Assembly (NCBI GenBank): GCA_963555995.3
Contig: OY821641.1
Location: 1,920,001 to 1,984,000, forward strand
Length of the DNA: 64,000 nt
Direction of reading: 5' to 3'
Source: Vicinamibacteria bacterium
GTDB lineage: Bacteria; Acidobacteriota; Vicinamibacteria; Marinacidobacterales; Marinacidobacteraceae
Below are positions 39,001 to 47,843 of the stretch, piece by piece (position 1 is the first letter of the stretch; the number at the start of each line of letters is the position of its first letter). The notes beneath the pieces were generated by a model that worked only from the letters and a program-made list of their open reading frames with translations, made no database searches and was not told where the DNA came from. A program made the translations under genes and the position numbers.

Positions 39001-39352
39001 GGCGCCGCCGCAAATGCGGTGGGAGAACTGGCGCGGCCGCGCCGGCAGTGGCCTCGTGGCGGCGCTGGCCGCGGATCTGACCCTCTGGGTGGGGGAAGGT
39101 CTGGCGGTCCGCGGATTGCCGGTGTCGCTCTCCGGGCCTGTCCTCGAGGTCGCCATGCGCCACATGCTCGACCGGGTTCGGCCGACGCACGTGCAGGACT
39201 GGAGCACGGTCCTGCGCTACCCCTCCACGCTCACCGAAGCCGACTTCGAGGACTACGTGTCGTCGCTGACGGGGACGGACTTCCTGCGTCCCGGCGGCGA
39301 TCCCGCCCTCTCCGCGCAGGGCGACGGCCGCCGGGCGCAGCGAAACCGGTAG
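36041..39352 (+). CDS. Large (~1100 aa) probably exported protein of unknown function
   Basis: Long open frame (track 35975..39352) with protein-like composition; hydrophobic leader ALVVASLATLAAAPSAPA; GGAGGG before GTG 36041 (start uncertain). Confidence 0.75.
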   Translation: MALPSFHRARKPHLSKEQHRRSVARRVGDSPVRTRRISRGALVVASLATLAAAPSAPAEPVEGTHLFTIEVTGTPEGLLGAAGVRMRDATNAELVLDVIEHVHFLARSPDGVEFYAETIAAFLNEWRRARRRDGSVSLEAAQEDSRARDRLEEFLEMAGFLLLRNSGRLFVRPDPDGDAKARREALAAAGFPTTDLDVRMNEGEAIAIEPLSFEIPSPLPAEVWRNAIFDRPVAGERLAFRLLTDRRAAFLYYGLLSMAPETVRFLAGDTELLRELYERDASAFAAYGRSLVVVNGRVRTPGAGAASILWQRLVGEPIDRPGEFFKAVLRHDDGPFPFLYDAIASLDAPQQRFALGVGLEDRDQRRAFARLHEVIAANLVFSPGTPWPRGFPDPSVLLSQVRADDSGQPSGPAWEDLWEEALDGIELPQNAIRDVRGADRSDPIEASRLADRVFREPQWAAARMAAFLFAQRRFTGVETHDLRHVLTTLRGFPLFQSLVSTLDRMGVQSPRTYATAVTHAASLNRLEEPEDVRDALSQFQGVVALLDRLRHVRSLSEDAVADLSASAVAVRLHETRGYEGRMAGWVARTLLPALGADPPAGDSGDSSLTDPAAATAAGDAPAPRESLVLRALAGSLEDEGRSQRATTTWEGFSYVADLRGAALTRLLEARQSQSGASLDTALDLWAIADALAAGPRSVEEVQGLVERLRSVASALPAREGPVGPVIVSHYLGRVYSDLERIRRPDDVSRHAPEAAGRLLRLSDAVLGDVLRALVYAAYLGDPRSGVLGSGDLSVRHDFGGSALDPASRNSLRTTPWRYPEARTLPDRPWYAEGALLGLDFATADLRLQQIMTDRPPEASPLASFERDGLAASVALFNPFARTEAEIHEIAEAVGAGRRRLDELAESPGDALAVATAAGLGGFRRSLFLWIASREPERLGEWLSVRELLWLGLQEAGADDGDSSRAAERLSGWGAFAGRIDGCLCLRLAPPQMRWENWRGRAGSGLVAALAADLTLWVGEGLAVRGLPVSLSGPVLEVAMRHMLDRVRPTHVQDWSTVLRYPSTLTEADFEDYVSSLTGTDFLRPGGDPALSAQGDGRRAQRNR

Positions 39353-40632
39353 TGCGCGCCGTCGCGGCTCCTCGCAGCGCTTCGGGGCCACGAACCGCCT
39401 GTGGCAAGACCCACGCGGCCCGGTTCTCCCGGCGGGAGCCTCGGCGCTCACGGGGGTTTCACCACAGGCTGTTGGCGGTCCTTTTCGCGCTCGCCACCCT
39501 CGGGATCGCGGCGTCCCGCGCTCCGGGCCAGGAGGCCCCTCCGGCCCTCACGTTCGCTTCTCCGGACGGCAGCCGGGCCTTGGAAAGCACCGAGCGGCTG
39601 TCGGTCGCGTTGCCTCCCGGATACGAAGAACGCACGGTCCGCATCGTGTTCTCCGTGGATGGACGCCGCGTCTGTGTGGCCGAAGCCGCCCCGTTCGAGT
39701 GTTCGTGGGACTTCGGGGGAGACGGTCAGGCGCGCGTCATCCGGGCCGTTGCGGAATTGGATGACGACACCCGACTGGTCGGACGGGTGCACACCCCCAT
39801 GCGCATGTCCATCCGTTTTCGCACGTCCGTGGAGCGCGTGATGGTGCCGGCGGTCGTGACCGACCGTCGCGGCCGTTACCTCGCCGAGCTCCCGGCGGAG
39901 CGTTTCGTCGTGCTCGAAGACGGGGCTCCGCAGGACATTTCCTATTTCGAGGCGCCCGTCGACCGGAGCCAGCTCGACCTCGCGATCGCCATCGACATCA
40001 GCGGAAGCATGGAGCCGGTGATGCCCGGGTTGAAGACGAGCGTGAAGGCGCTCCTCGCCAGCCTTCGTCCCGACGACATGGTCACGCTGCTGGCATTCAA
40101 CGAACGGACGTTCCTCCTCTCGCGCCAGGAGCCGGATCGCGCGGAACTGGCTTCGCTGATTGACGAACTCCAGCCGTCCGGGCTGACGTCGCTGTACGAC
40201 GCCGTCGTCCGGGCGCTGGATGCCCTGGATGAGAGCAGCCCGAGGAAAGCGGTCCTCGCGTTCACGGACGGCGAAGACCGGTCGAGTTTCCGGAGCCCGG
40301 AATCGGTGGAGCAGCGGGTCGTGGACGCCGGAGCGCCCCTCTACGTGGTGACGCTGGGCCCGAACTCCGAAACGGACGAGATCGTGGAGACCGTGCAGCG
40401 CCTCGCAACGGTCAGCGGCGGCGAGGTTTTTCGGGCGGACGAACCGGACGAGCTGGATCGGGCGCTCGCGGTCTTTCGGGACAACGTCAGCAACGCCTAC
40501 TTTCTCGGCTACTCCCCCGGGGATGACCCCTCGGAAGCGGCCGCGCCAGACCGGACGTTTCGGCAGATCCGGGTCGTGATCCGGAACAGCGACGGGTATC
40601 GGGTCCGGGCGCGGGCCGGCTATCGGCGCTGA
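39352..40632 (+). CDS. Ig-like domain plus VWA-domain protein (TIGR03436-like)
   Basis: Signal/TM segment, LTFASP...FSVDG...APFECSWD Ig-like region, VVTDRRGR..VLEDGAPQDI, MIDAS DISGSM, TSLYDAV, FTDGED, VRARAGY; start uncertain. Confidence 0.82.
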   Translation: MRAVAAPRSASGPRTACGKTHAARFSRREPRRSRGFHHRLLAVLFALATLGIAASRAPGQEAPPALTFASPDGSRALESTERLSVALPPGYEERTVRIVFSVDGRRVCVAEAAPFECSWDFGGDGQARVIRAVAELDDDTRLVGRVHTPMRMSIRFRTSVERVMVPAVVTDRRGRYLAELPAERFVVLEDGAPQDISYFEAPVDRSQLDLAIAIDISGSMEPVMPGLKTSVKALLASLRPDDMVTLLAFNERTFLLSRQEPDRAELASLIDELQPSGLTSLYDAVVRALDALDESSPRKAVLAFTDGEDRSSFRSPESVEQRVVDAGAPLYVVTLGPNSETDEIVETVQRLATVSGGEVFRADEPDELDRALAVFRDNVSNAYFLGYSPGDDPSEAAAPDRTFRQIRVVIRNSDGYRVRARAGYRR

Positions 40633-40789
40633 GCGACTCCGGGAGGGCGGCCAATCCTCCCGTCCGGGTCTCTGGTGGGCATCGCGCGGGAGCGCGCACC
40701 CCCGTGCTCCGCATGGTCTGCGGGCTCGGTACCGCGCCTCCCCCGACGGACGCATAATCGCCTCCTCGCTTCCGCCCAAGGAGTCCACC

Positions 40790-41821
40790 ATGCGCCGCAC
40801 CCCCTTTGTCCTGCCAGCCGTCCTCGTGCTGGTCACCGCCTGCGGGTCCCCCGCGCCCGCTCCGTCCCCCGGCGCGGAACCCGAACCGGACCCGGTTCCC
40901 ACGCCGGACTTCACCCTTCCCGCGGACAACACCCACAACCGCTGGAGCGCCACCATCCCGCCGGTCCTGACCGTGCCCTCGGGCGCCGTCGTCGAGATCT
41001 TCACCAAGGAAGCCTCGGACGGGCAGATCACCCCCGAGACCACGGCGGAAGACCTCGCGAGCGTGGATTTCGGACTGATCCACGCCCTCACCGGACCCGT
41101 CGCGGTCGAGGGCGCGGAGCCGGGCGACCTGCTCGCGGTGACGATCCACGCAGCGGAGGTCCAGGGGCCCGGCTGGTCCGGCATCTTCCCCGGTTTCGGC
41201 TTCCTCGCCGACGAGTTCACCGAGCCGTGGCTCCGCAGCTTCGACCTGGAACCGGGCGCCACCGAGGCGCGGTTCAACGACCGCATCACCCTGCCGCTCG
41301 CTCCCTTCCCCGGCGTGCTCGGGGTCGCGCCCGCCACCGACGGGATGCTGGTGACCATCCCGCCCCGCGAGAACGGCGGGAACATGGACAACCGGCACAT
41401 GCGGCCCGGGGCCACGGTGTACATCCCGGTCCAGGTTCCGGGCGCCAACTTCTCGATCGGGGACGCCCACGCCGTGCAGGGCGACGGGGAGGTCTCGGGG
41501 AGCGCCATCGAGGCCCCGATGCGCCTCGTGGTCACGCTGGAAGTGCTCCCGAATCCGCGGGGAATCACCGAATCGGAATACGAGACGGACGAGTACTACG
41601 CGGTCACCGGGTTCGACCCCGACATTGACGAGGCGGCGAAGAAGGCGACCCGCCACATGATCGCCTGGCTGGTGGCCGAGCACGGGCTGACGCGCGAGGA
41701 GGCCTACGTGCTCTGCTCGCTGGCCGGCGACCTCAAGATCTCGGAGACGGTGGACGTCCCCAACATGCTCGTCAGCATGCACATGCCGAAGTCCATCTTC
41801 GGCGAGGAGCGCCGCCCATGA
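40790..41821 (+). CDS. Acetamidase/formamidase family lipoprotein
   Basis: Lipobox VTAC, HNRW, HALTGPVAVEGAEPGD, PPRENGGNMD, GDAHAVQGDGEVSGSAIE. Confidence 0.92.
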   Translation: MRRTPFVLPAVLVLVTACGSPAPAPSPGAEPEPDPVPTPDFTLPADNTHNRWSATIPPVLTVPSGAVVEIFTKEASDGQITPETTAEDLASVDFGLIHALTGPVAVEGAEPGDLLAVTIHAAEVQGPGWSGIFPGFGFLADEFTEPWLRSFDLEPGATEARFNDRITLPLAPFPGVLGVAPATDGMLVTIPPRENGGNMDNRHMRPGATVYIPVQVPGANFSIGDAHAVQGDGEVSGSAIEAPMRLVVTLEVLPNPRGITESEYETDEYYAVTGFDPDIDEAAKKATRHMIAWLVAEHGLTREEAYVLCSLAGDLKISETVDVPNMLVSMHMPKSIFGEERRP

Positions 41822-44385
41822 AGACCCCCGCCGTCGCAATCCTCGCCGCGGCAGCGCTGACCGCCCTGTCCCCTCGCCCGGCTTCCGCCCAGGAACACGA
41901 ATACCCCGACCCCTTCCCGGGGGGCTACCCCTCCCTCTCGGGCGTCAGTAACGCCGGCCGGATGTACATGGAGAGCTACTTCCCGCCGCCCGTCACCGCC
42001 TCGCCCACCTACCCGGCGTGGTCGCCCGACGGCGCATCCATCGCCTTCGCCACCCAGGGCCGCATCTGGATCGTCCCCGCCGAGGGCGGCACGGCGCGCC
42101 AGGTCACGAGCGGCCCCGGCTACCACTCCCAGCCGAGTTGGTCGCCCGACGGCGGCCGGATCGTCTATGCGGCCGACGTGGACCGCAACTTCGACATCTT
42201 CGTCACCGAGCTCGCGACCGGCGCGTCGCGCCGCCTCACCACCCACCCCTTCCTCGACCTGCGGCCGCGCTGGTCGCCGGACGGGGCCCGCATCCTCTTC
42301 ACCACGGAGCGCGACGGCACCTTCGATCTCTGGGTCCACGACCTGGGCACCGGCACGGCCGAAGCGGTCATCGCCAATCCCGACGCCAACGACATGGCCG
42401 GGGACTGGATCGGCGACACCGGCGACATCGTGTTCGTCTCCCGGCGGGGCGAGGCCGCGCTCGGCTCGGGTTCCCTCTGGCGGTACCGCGCCGCGACCGG
42501 AGAAGTGGAACTCCTGATCCGCATCGAGACCAACTACCAGGCGGCGCCGGTCGTCGCGCCGCACGGGGGCATCGTCGCCTACGTCACCGACGCCTCGGGC
42601 AACAACGACCTCTACGCGGTCCCCAGCGAGAAGTCGCCCCGCGGCATCCAGCCGGTGCGCCTCACCCACACCCGCACCGACGAGTACTTCCCCTCGTGGT
42701 CACCCGACGGCGAACGCCTCGTGTACGCCCGGAACGGCGGCGCGACGGACCAGCCGCGCACCAGCGACAGCGGGATGGGGTTCGGGCTCTACACGGTGAC
42801 GCGCGGGGGCGGCAAGCCCCGACCCGTGCGCATTGACGACTACGCCTGGTCCGAGCCCACCGGCCGGCTCCGCGTTCGGGTCGTGGATGCGGACGGCGAA
42901 CTCCTGCCGTCGCGCATCTACCTGACCGGTTCCGACGGACGCGCCGCCTTCCCGCACGGCAGCTACCCCCGCGTGGTCAGCGTGACCGAGGACTACTACT
43001 TCCACACGGACGGCAGCTTCACCGCGACCCTCCCCATCGGCGAGGCCAACGTCGAGGCCTGGCGGGGTTTCGAATACGAGCCCGTCGCGCGCACCATCGC
43101 CATCCGCACCGGCGAGCACGCCACCGTCGAACTCCAGCTCGACCGCTGGACCGACATGGCCGCGAACGGCTGGTACTCCGGCGACAACCACATCCACCCG
43201 AACTACGGCGGCCACTACTTCATCACCCCCGAGGACCTCCGGAACAAGGCGCACGCGGAGGACCTCAACGTCGCGAACGGCATGATCGCCAACTACTGGG
43301 GCAACAGCCGGGTCGAGGACCTCGAGCACTTTCTCGGACACCCGCACCCGCACACCGGCCCGCGCACCATCGTCTATTACAACGAGGAGTACCGGCCCAG
43401 CTTCTTCGCGCACCTCTCGCTGCTCAACCTGATCGAGCTGATCACGCCGTTCTACATCGGTTCGGTGGGGACCGCGCACCACGCTCTCTACCCCGACAAC
43501 GCGTCCGTGCTGCGCCGGGTGCACGAGCAGGGCGGCATCGGCGGCTACGTCCACCCGTTCGGGCTCCGGCACCGGGACCCCGACGCGGCCGGGGCGGGAT
43601 CGGCCAGGGAGCTGCCTGTGGACGCGGTCCTCGGCCTGGCCGACTTCGTGGACGTGGCGTGCATCTGGAGCGACGAACTCGGGACGGCGGAGGTCTGGTA
43701 CCGCCTTCTGAACACGGGTTCGCGCATCCCGGCGACCGCCGGAACGGACGCCATGACCGACATCTGGCGGCATCCCGCCGTCGGGACGACGCGCGTGTAC
43801 GTCCACACCGGCGAGGACCACGTCCACTACGACGCCTGGGCCGACGCGATGGCGGCGGGCCGCGCCTTCGTGACCAGCGGGCCGATCCTGACGCTGGACG
43901 TTTCCGGGAAGGGCATGGGGGAGGAACTGGCGGTGTCCCGCGGCGACGTGGTCACGGTGCGCGCGACGGCGCGGTCGCTCTTCACGATGCACGGCCTCGA
44001 GATCGTGCAGAACGGGGAGATCGTGCACCGGGTCGAGGCCACCGGCGACCTGAAGTCGCTCGACGCCGAACTGGAGATCCCGGTCGAGGGGAGCGGGTGG
44101 ATCGCGGCGCGGGTGCTCGGGCCGCCCCAGCACGGCGCAATGGACAGCTACCTGTTCGCGCACACGAACCCCGTCTTCGTGATCGCCGACGGCGAGCCGA
44201 TCCGCTCGCGGGACGACGCGGCGTTCTTCGTCCGCTGGATTGACCAGGTGCTGGACGAACTCCGGGCGATGGACCGCTGGGACGACCCCGCGCACAAGGC
44301 CGAGGTGCTGGCGACCTTCGAAGAGGGCCGGCGGCTCTACCAGGCGCAGGTGGATGCGTTGCGCGGCAGCGGGAGCAACAGGTAG
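41818..44385 (+). CDS. Secreted TolB-like (PD40) beta-propeller fused to a CehA/McbA-family PHP-like metallohydrolase
   Basis: Repeated PxWSPDG; GWYSGDNHIH, NEEYR, YVHP, WYRLLNTG, AGTD, FVTSGP, FAHTNP. Confidence 0.85.
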   Translation: MKTPAVAILAAAALTALSPRPASAQEHEYPDPFPGGYPSLSGVSNAGRMYMESYFPPPVTASPTYPAWSPDGASIAFATQGRIWIVPAEGGTARQVTSGPGYHSQPSWSPDGGRIVYAADVDRNFDIFVTELATGASRRLTTHPFLDLRPRWSPDGARILFTTERDGTFDLWVHDLGTGTAEAVIANPDANDMAGDWIGDTGDIVFVSRRGEAALGSGSLWRYRAATGEVELLIRIETNYQAAPVVAPHGGIVAYVTDASGNNDLYAVPSEKSPRGIQPVRLTHTRTDEYFPSWSPDGERLVYARNGGATDQPRTSDSGMGFGLYTVTRGGGKPRPVRIDDYAWSEPTGRLRVRVVDADGELLPSRIYLTGSDGRAAFPHGSYPRVVSVTEDYYFHTDGSFTATLPIGEANVEAWRGFEYEPVARTIAIRTGEHATVELQLDRWTDMAANGWYSGDNHIHPNYGGHYFITPEDLRNKAHAEDLNVANGMIANYWGNSRVEDLEHFLGHPHPHTGPRTIVYYNEEYRPSFFAHLSLLNLIELITPFYIGSVGTAHHALYPDNASVLRRVHEQGGIGGYVHPFGLRHRDPDAAGAGSARELPVDAVLGLADFVDVACIWSDELGTAEVWYRLLNTGSRIPATAGTDAMTDIWRHPAVGTTRVYVHTGEDHVHYDAWADAMAAGRAFVTSGPILTLDVSGKGMGEELAVSRGDVVTVRATARSLFTMHGLEIVQNGEIVHRVEATGDLKSLDAELEIPVEGSGWIAARVLGPPQHGAMDSYLFAHTNPVFVIADGEPIRSRDDAAFFVRWIDQVLDELRAMDRWDDPAHKAEVLATFEEGRRLYQAQVDALRGSGSNR

Positions 44386-44466
44386 AACCTCCCGAACCCG
44401 GAGACCTGTCCGGCTATCGGAACGACGATCACCGGAGAGGATTCCGCGCCGGTACCGCGGTCACCG

Positions 44467-44495
44467 TTGTAAACGGTAGCTACCGTAGCTACCAT
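44467..44495 (+). promoter_or_regulatory. Leaderless TA promoter TTGTAA-N17-TACCAT with tandem GTAGCTAC palindromic operators
   Basis: -10 ends 6 nt before ATG 44502; palindromes at 44475-44484 and 44485-44492. Confidence 0.6.
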
Positions 44496-44501
44496 GACGC
44501 C

Positions 44502-44795
44502 ATGAGAGCCGTCGGGATCAAGGAGTTGAACAACCGCTTGAGCGAGTACGTCCGTCTCGCCGCTTCCGGCGAGACGGTCCTGGTAACGAATCGGGACCGC
44601 ATCGTCGCCGAGATGGGGCCTCCGCGGGAAACCGGAAACCCGCTCGAAGACAATCCGCGCCTCGCCGAAATGGTGCGAAAGGGCGAACTCACTCCAGCCC
44701 CGTCCCCGCTGAAGGGGCCACCTCCACGAGGCAAGCCGGTAATGCCCCTGGCGCAACTCCTCCGGGAACTGGACGAGGATCGAGCGGATCGGTGA
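44502..44795 (+). CDS. Type II TA antitoxin, Phd/YefM family
   Basis: MRAVGIKELNNRLSEYVRLAASGETVLVTNRDRIVAE; GTGA overlap with the toxin. Confidence 0.9.
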   Translation: MRAVGIKELNNRLSEYVRLAASGETVLVTNRDRIVAEMGPPRETGNPLEDNPRLAEMVRKGELTPAPSPLKGPPPRGKPVMPLAQLLRELDEDRADR

Positions 44796-45184
44796 CCTAT
44801 GTCGACAGTTCCGCCGTCCTGGCCCACATCCTGACGGAGGACCGACAGCCTCCACCGGCGCTGTGGAAGGAGAAACTGGTCTCCAGCCGGTTGCTCGAAT
44901 ACGAAGTGTGGGTCCGCCTTCATGCCCTTGGAATCGCCGAGACTCATGGCGACCTGGCGGGCCGCATCGTCGGCGGGACGAATCTCCTGGAACTGTCGTC
45001 TCCGGTGCTCGGACGCGCCTTGAGACCCTTTCCCTCGCCCCTCCGCACGCTCGACGCCCTGCACGTCGCCTCCATGGTGCATCTTCGGGACAACGGTGAG
45101 CGAGTTGCACTCGCCAGCTACGACCGCCGGATGACGTCCGTCGCTGAGACGCTGGGTTTCCCGCTCTACGACCTGGGCGCCTGA
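44792..45184 (+). CDS. vapC: Type II TA toxin, VapC/PIN domain
   Basis: YVDSSAVLA, LLEYEV, LRTLDALHVAS, ASYDRRM. Confidence 0.9.
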   Translation: MTYVDSSAVLAHILTEDRQPPPALWKEKLVSSRLLEYEVWVRLHALGIAETHGDLAGRIVGGTNLLELSSPVLGRALRPFPSPLRTLDALHVASMVHLRDNGERVALASYDRRMTSVAETLGFPLYDLGA

Positions 45185-45211
45185 CTCCGGGACGCGACCG
45201 GCGGCACCCGA

Positions 45212-46402
45212 TCAGCGAAGCGCCGCGAGCACCTTCCCGATGAACGGGGACACCGCACCGCCCTGGATCCAGCGGACCACGACCACGAGGTCGTTCTCCC
45301 AGTCCACGTACACGATGTTGCTGCCGGCGCCGCGGAAGGTGACCGCGGTGTCCGGGGCGTCCGGAATGGACTTGACCATCTCGCCGTCGCGTTCGACCGG
45401 GCCGTTCAGGAACCAGTTCATGTAGCCGTAGCTCGGGTTCACCTCGCCCGGGGTGCGGGCCATCCCGATCCACTCCTCGGAGATGAGCTGCTTCCCCTTC
45501 CAGTTCCCCATCCGCAGGAACAGGTAGCCGAAGCGGGCGAGGTCGCGTCCGCTGATGTGCATGCCGCCGCCCCAGTGGCCGCCGCCGCTCACCGACTGGA
45601 CGTTCCGCCCGTCAATCATCACCCAGGAGTTCTCGTAGCCGTGCCAGCGCCAGCGGTTCGAGGCGCCGATGGGGTCCATGATCCCCTTGCGGAGAATCAG
45701 GGGGAGCGGATCCCGCACCACGTGCAGCGCGGCGAGCGCGAGCAGGTTCACCCGCACGTCGTTGTACTTGTAGTGGGTCCCCGGCTTGTGCATGGGACGG
45801 TCCGGGTACTCGAAGGGGTGGTCGCCCACCGGGCGGTCGGCCCAGTCGGGCTTCCCGAAGAGCGTCCCCTGCCAGTCGCTCGTCTGGCGCAGCAGGTGGT
45901 CCCAGGTGATGGAACGGTTGTGTTCCGAGCCGAAGAGTTCGTCATCGGGCATGTAGGGACCGACCCGGTCGTCCACCGACGCGATCAGCCCCTGGTCGTA
46001 GAGGAGCCCGACGGCCGTCGAGAGGAAGGTCTTCGAGACGCTGAAGGTCATGTCCACCTTCTTGCTCGGTCCCCACTCCCGGACGATGAAGCCGTCCTTG
46101 ACGACGATGCCGCTCAGGGCGCCGCGCACGGTGGTCGGCCCGATCCGGAACCCGAAGGGCTCCTGGGCGAAGGTCAGTTCGTGGTTGAGCGCCAGGTCGT
46201 TGGGCGCACCCGACTCGGACCCGACCGCAAACTCCACCGCTTCTTCGAGGAGAGCCGGATCGAATCCGGCCTCTTCGGGCGTCTTCGTCTGCCAGTCGTG
46301 CCGCTCCGGAAAGTAGGGGGTCTGCGCCCCGGCGAGCGTCGCCGCGAACAGGCACAGGACTGCGAGCGCCGTCATGCGGGCAAACCGGTTTCCTTGTCTC
46401 AT
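45212..46402 (-). CDS. Secreted serine hydrolase (class C beta-lactamase fold)
   Basis: Signal peptide, SxxK (FSVSK), HLLRQTS, YKYND, DLARFG, YGYMNW. Confidence 0.85.
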   Translation of the reverse strand: MRQGNRFARMTALAVLCLFAATLAGAQTPYFPERHDWQTKTPEEAGFDPALLEEAVEFAVGSESGAPNDLALNHELTFAQEPFGFRIGPTTVRGALSGIVVKDGFIVREWGPSKKVDMTFSVSKTFLSTAVGLLYDQGLIASVDDRVGPYMPDDELFGSEHNRSITWDHLLRQTSDWQGTLFGKPDWADRPVGDHPFEYPDRPMHKPGTHYKYNDVRVNLLALAALHVVRDPLPLILRKGIMDPIGASNRWRWHGYENSWVMIDGRNVQSVSGGGHWGGGMHISGRDLARFGYLFLRMGNWKGKQLISEEWIGMARTPGEVNPSYGYMNWFLNGPVERDGEMVKSIPDAPDTAVTFRGAGSNIVYVDWENDLVVVVRWIQGGAVSPFIGKVLAALR

Positions 46403-46424
46403 CGCTGGTTCTCCTGAAAGGCCC

Positions 46425-46865
46425 TCAGGCCTCGATCTTCGACCTCATCTCGGCGAACATCTCGCGCAGCACCTTCTCGGTCACCGGCTTCAGCAGCCGG
46501 GAGGCGAGCGCCGCGAGCGTCCCCCGCACCTGCACCGCGCCCTTCCAGTCGAGCGCGGTGCCGGATTCCTCGTCGCGCAGCCGGAGTTCGGCGACGGCGT
46601 CAATGGTGGTCCCCGGCCCCCGGCCCCGGATCTTCAGCCGGGCCTCCTCGAGTTCCACGAGGTCGGTGAACTCGATGATGTTCTTGGCGTTGAGCCCGAC
46701 GGTGCCGAGCTTGACGCCGCCCACCACCTCGAAGCGTTTGCCGGGCTCGAGGATGCGGACCGACTTCACCCCGGGGGTGCAGGAGGCCACCGACTCGGCG
46801 TCGGTGACGAAGGCCCAGACCTTCTCCCGGGGCGCGCTGATGAGTTCGGTGCCTTCGATGTCCAT
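46425..46865 (-). CDS. coxG: CoxG-like SRPBCC-domain protein
   Basis: ISAPREKVWAFVTDAESVASCTPG, GTLAALASRLL; no C-terminal membrane anchor. Confidence 0.82.
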   Translation of the reverse strand: MDIEGTELISAPREKVWAFVTDAESVASCTPGVKSVRILEPGKRFEVVGGVKLGTVGLNAKNIIEFTDLVELEEARLKIRGRGPGTTIDAVAELRLRDEESGTALDWKGAVQVRGTLAALASRLLKPVTEKVLREMFAEMRSKIEA

Positions 46866-46917
46866 CGCCGGATTCTACGGGAGCCTCGCCGCTTCCGCGC
46901 CGGCCGCGCCGCCGCGA

Positions 46918-47349
46918 CTACGCGCGGACGAAATCCCGGGGATCGATGCGATCCACGCTGGGGACAGGGTCGAAATCGGTGTCTGCCGAAAGGATCGCGC
47001 GGATTCCCCGCTCCTCCATCGTGGCGATGTGAATGGCGTCCCGGGCCGGGAGATGCCGGTGCTCGAGGAGGAGCTCCAGGGCGCGGCTCGTGTGCTGCTC
47101 GTTCACCGGGATGATTTCGTCACACCACTCGAGAGCTGCCCGGTGAACAGACCGGGCCAACTGCGGACGCCGGCGCGAAAAGTAATGGTGCAGGATCTCC
47201 TGCAGGACTTCCGCGTTCGTCGCCAGCGCGGCGCCCGAATCCCTGGCGCCAAGCAGCGCTCGATTGCATGTGTCTCTCCAATCCGGGTCTGCGCCCGCCC
47301 GGTACATGAATACGTTCGCGTCGACGAAGAGTCGCGCGACGGACGACAT
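46918..47349 (-). CDS. vapC: Type II TA toxin, VapC/PIN domain
   Basis: FVDANVFMY, AEVLQEILH, ARDAIHIATM, ILSADTDFD. Confidence 0.9.
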   Translation of the reverse strand: MSSVARLFVDANVFMYRAGADPDWRDTCNRALLGARDSGAALATNAEVLQEILHHYFSRRRPQLARSVHRAALEWCDEIIPVNEQHTSRALELLLEHRHLPARDAIHIATMEERGIRAILSADTDFDPVPSVDRIDPRDFVRA

Positions 47350-47395
47350 CAAGCGATCCTCCCGGATCGGCCGCACTCCCAGGCTCTTCGCGGCC

Positions 47396-47704
47396 TCAGC
47401 CGCTCGGTTTCTCGTCCGGAGAGGATTCCCGGCGCGGCCACTCCGCCTCGCGGAAGGCGGTCTTCAACCGGCTGTACTCTTCGTTCCATTCCCGCCACGA
47501 AGACGGGACGGGAGCGGGCGGCAGCGCATCGAGCGCCTCCAGCGCCCTACGCTGGCGCTCGCGCCGATCAGGCTTCACGCAGTACTCCTGGATCGCCTCG
47601 CGGACGACGGCGGCGTGCTTCAGACCCTCCGCTTCGGCGCGACGCCGGATCGCGGCGTACTCGCCCTCGTTCAGCGTGACCTGGACCTTGTGACTGCGGG
47701 ACAT
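47396..47704 (-). CDS. Type II TA antitoxin (ribbon-helix-helix)
   Basis: MSRSHKVQVTLNEGEYAAIRRRAEAEGLKHAAVVREAI; upstream of the PIN toxin. Confidence 0.75.
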   Translation of the reverse strand: MSRSHKVQVTLNEGEYAAIRRRAEAEGLKHAAVVREAIQEYCVKPDRRERQRRALEALDALPPAPVPSSWREWNEEYSRLKTAFREAEWPRRESSPDEKPSG

Positions 47705-47710
47705 GGGGGA

Positions 47711-47739
47711 AGTATCTTGTGTCAGTATCTGTATGTCAA
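47711..47739 (-). promoter_or_regulatory. Leaderless TA promoter TTGACA-N17-GATACT with AGATACT direct repeats
   Basis: Consensus -35 at 47734-47739, -10 at 47711-47716, ATG 6 nt downstream. Confidence 0.6.
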
Positions 47740-47843
47740 AGACACTAACTCTTCCGGAATGTGTCGCGGGATTCGCGCCCAACCCGCGAAACGGATCCTT
47801 GGCCCCGTCCCCGGCGTAATCTTCCCGGCTGAGGTTCGCCATC

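Noticed and set aside
39462-39473. 12-nt match (CCACAGGCTGTT) to the MITE right end, hinting at a larger composite element
   Set aside because: Too short, lies within probable coding sequence, and has no matching target duplication; likely chance
45212-46402. Beta-lactam resistance gene
   Set aside because: SxxK is present, but class C YxN and KTG motifs are not canonical; a general esterase or amidase is more likely
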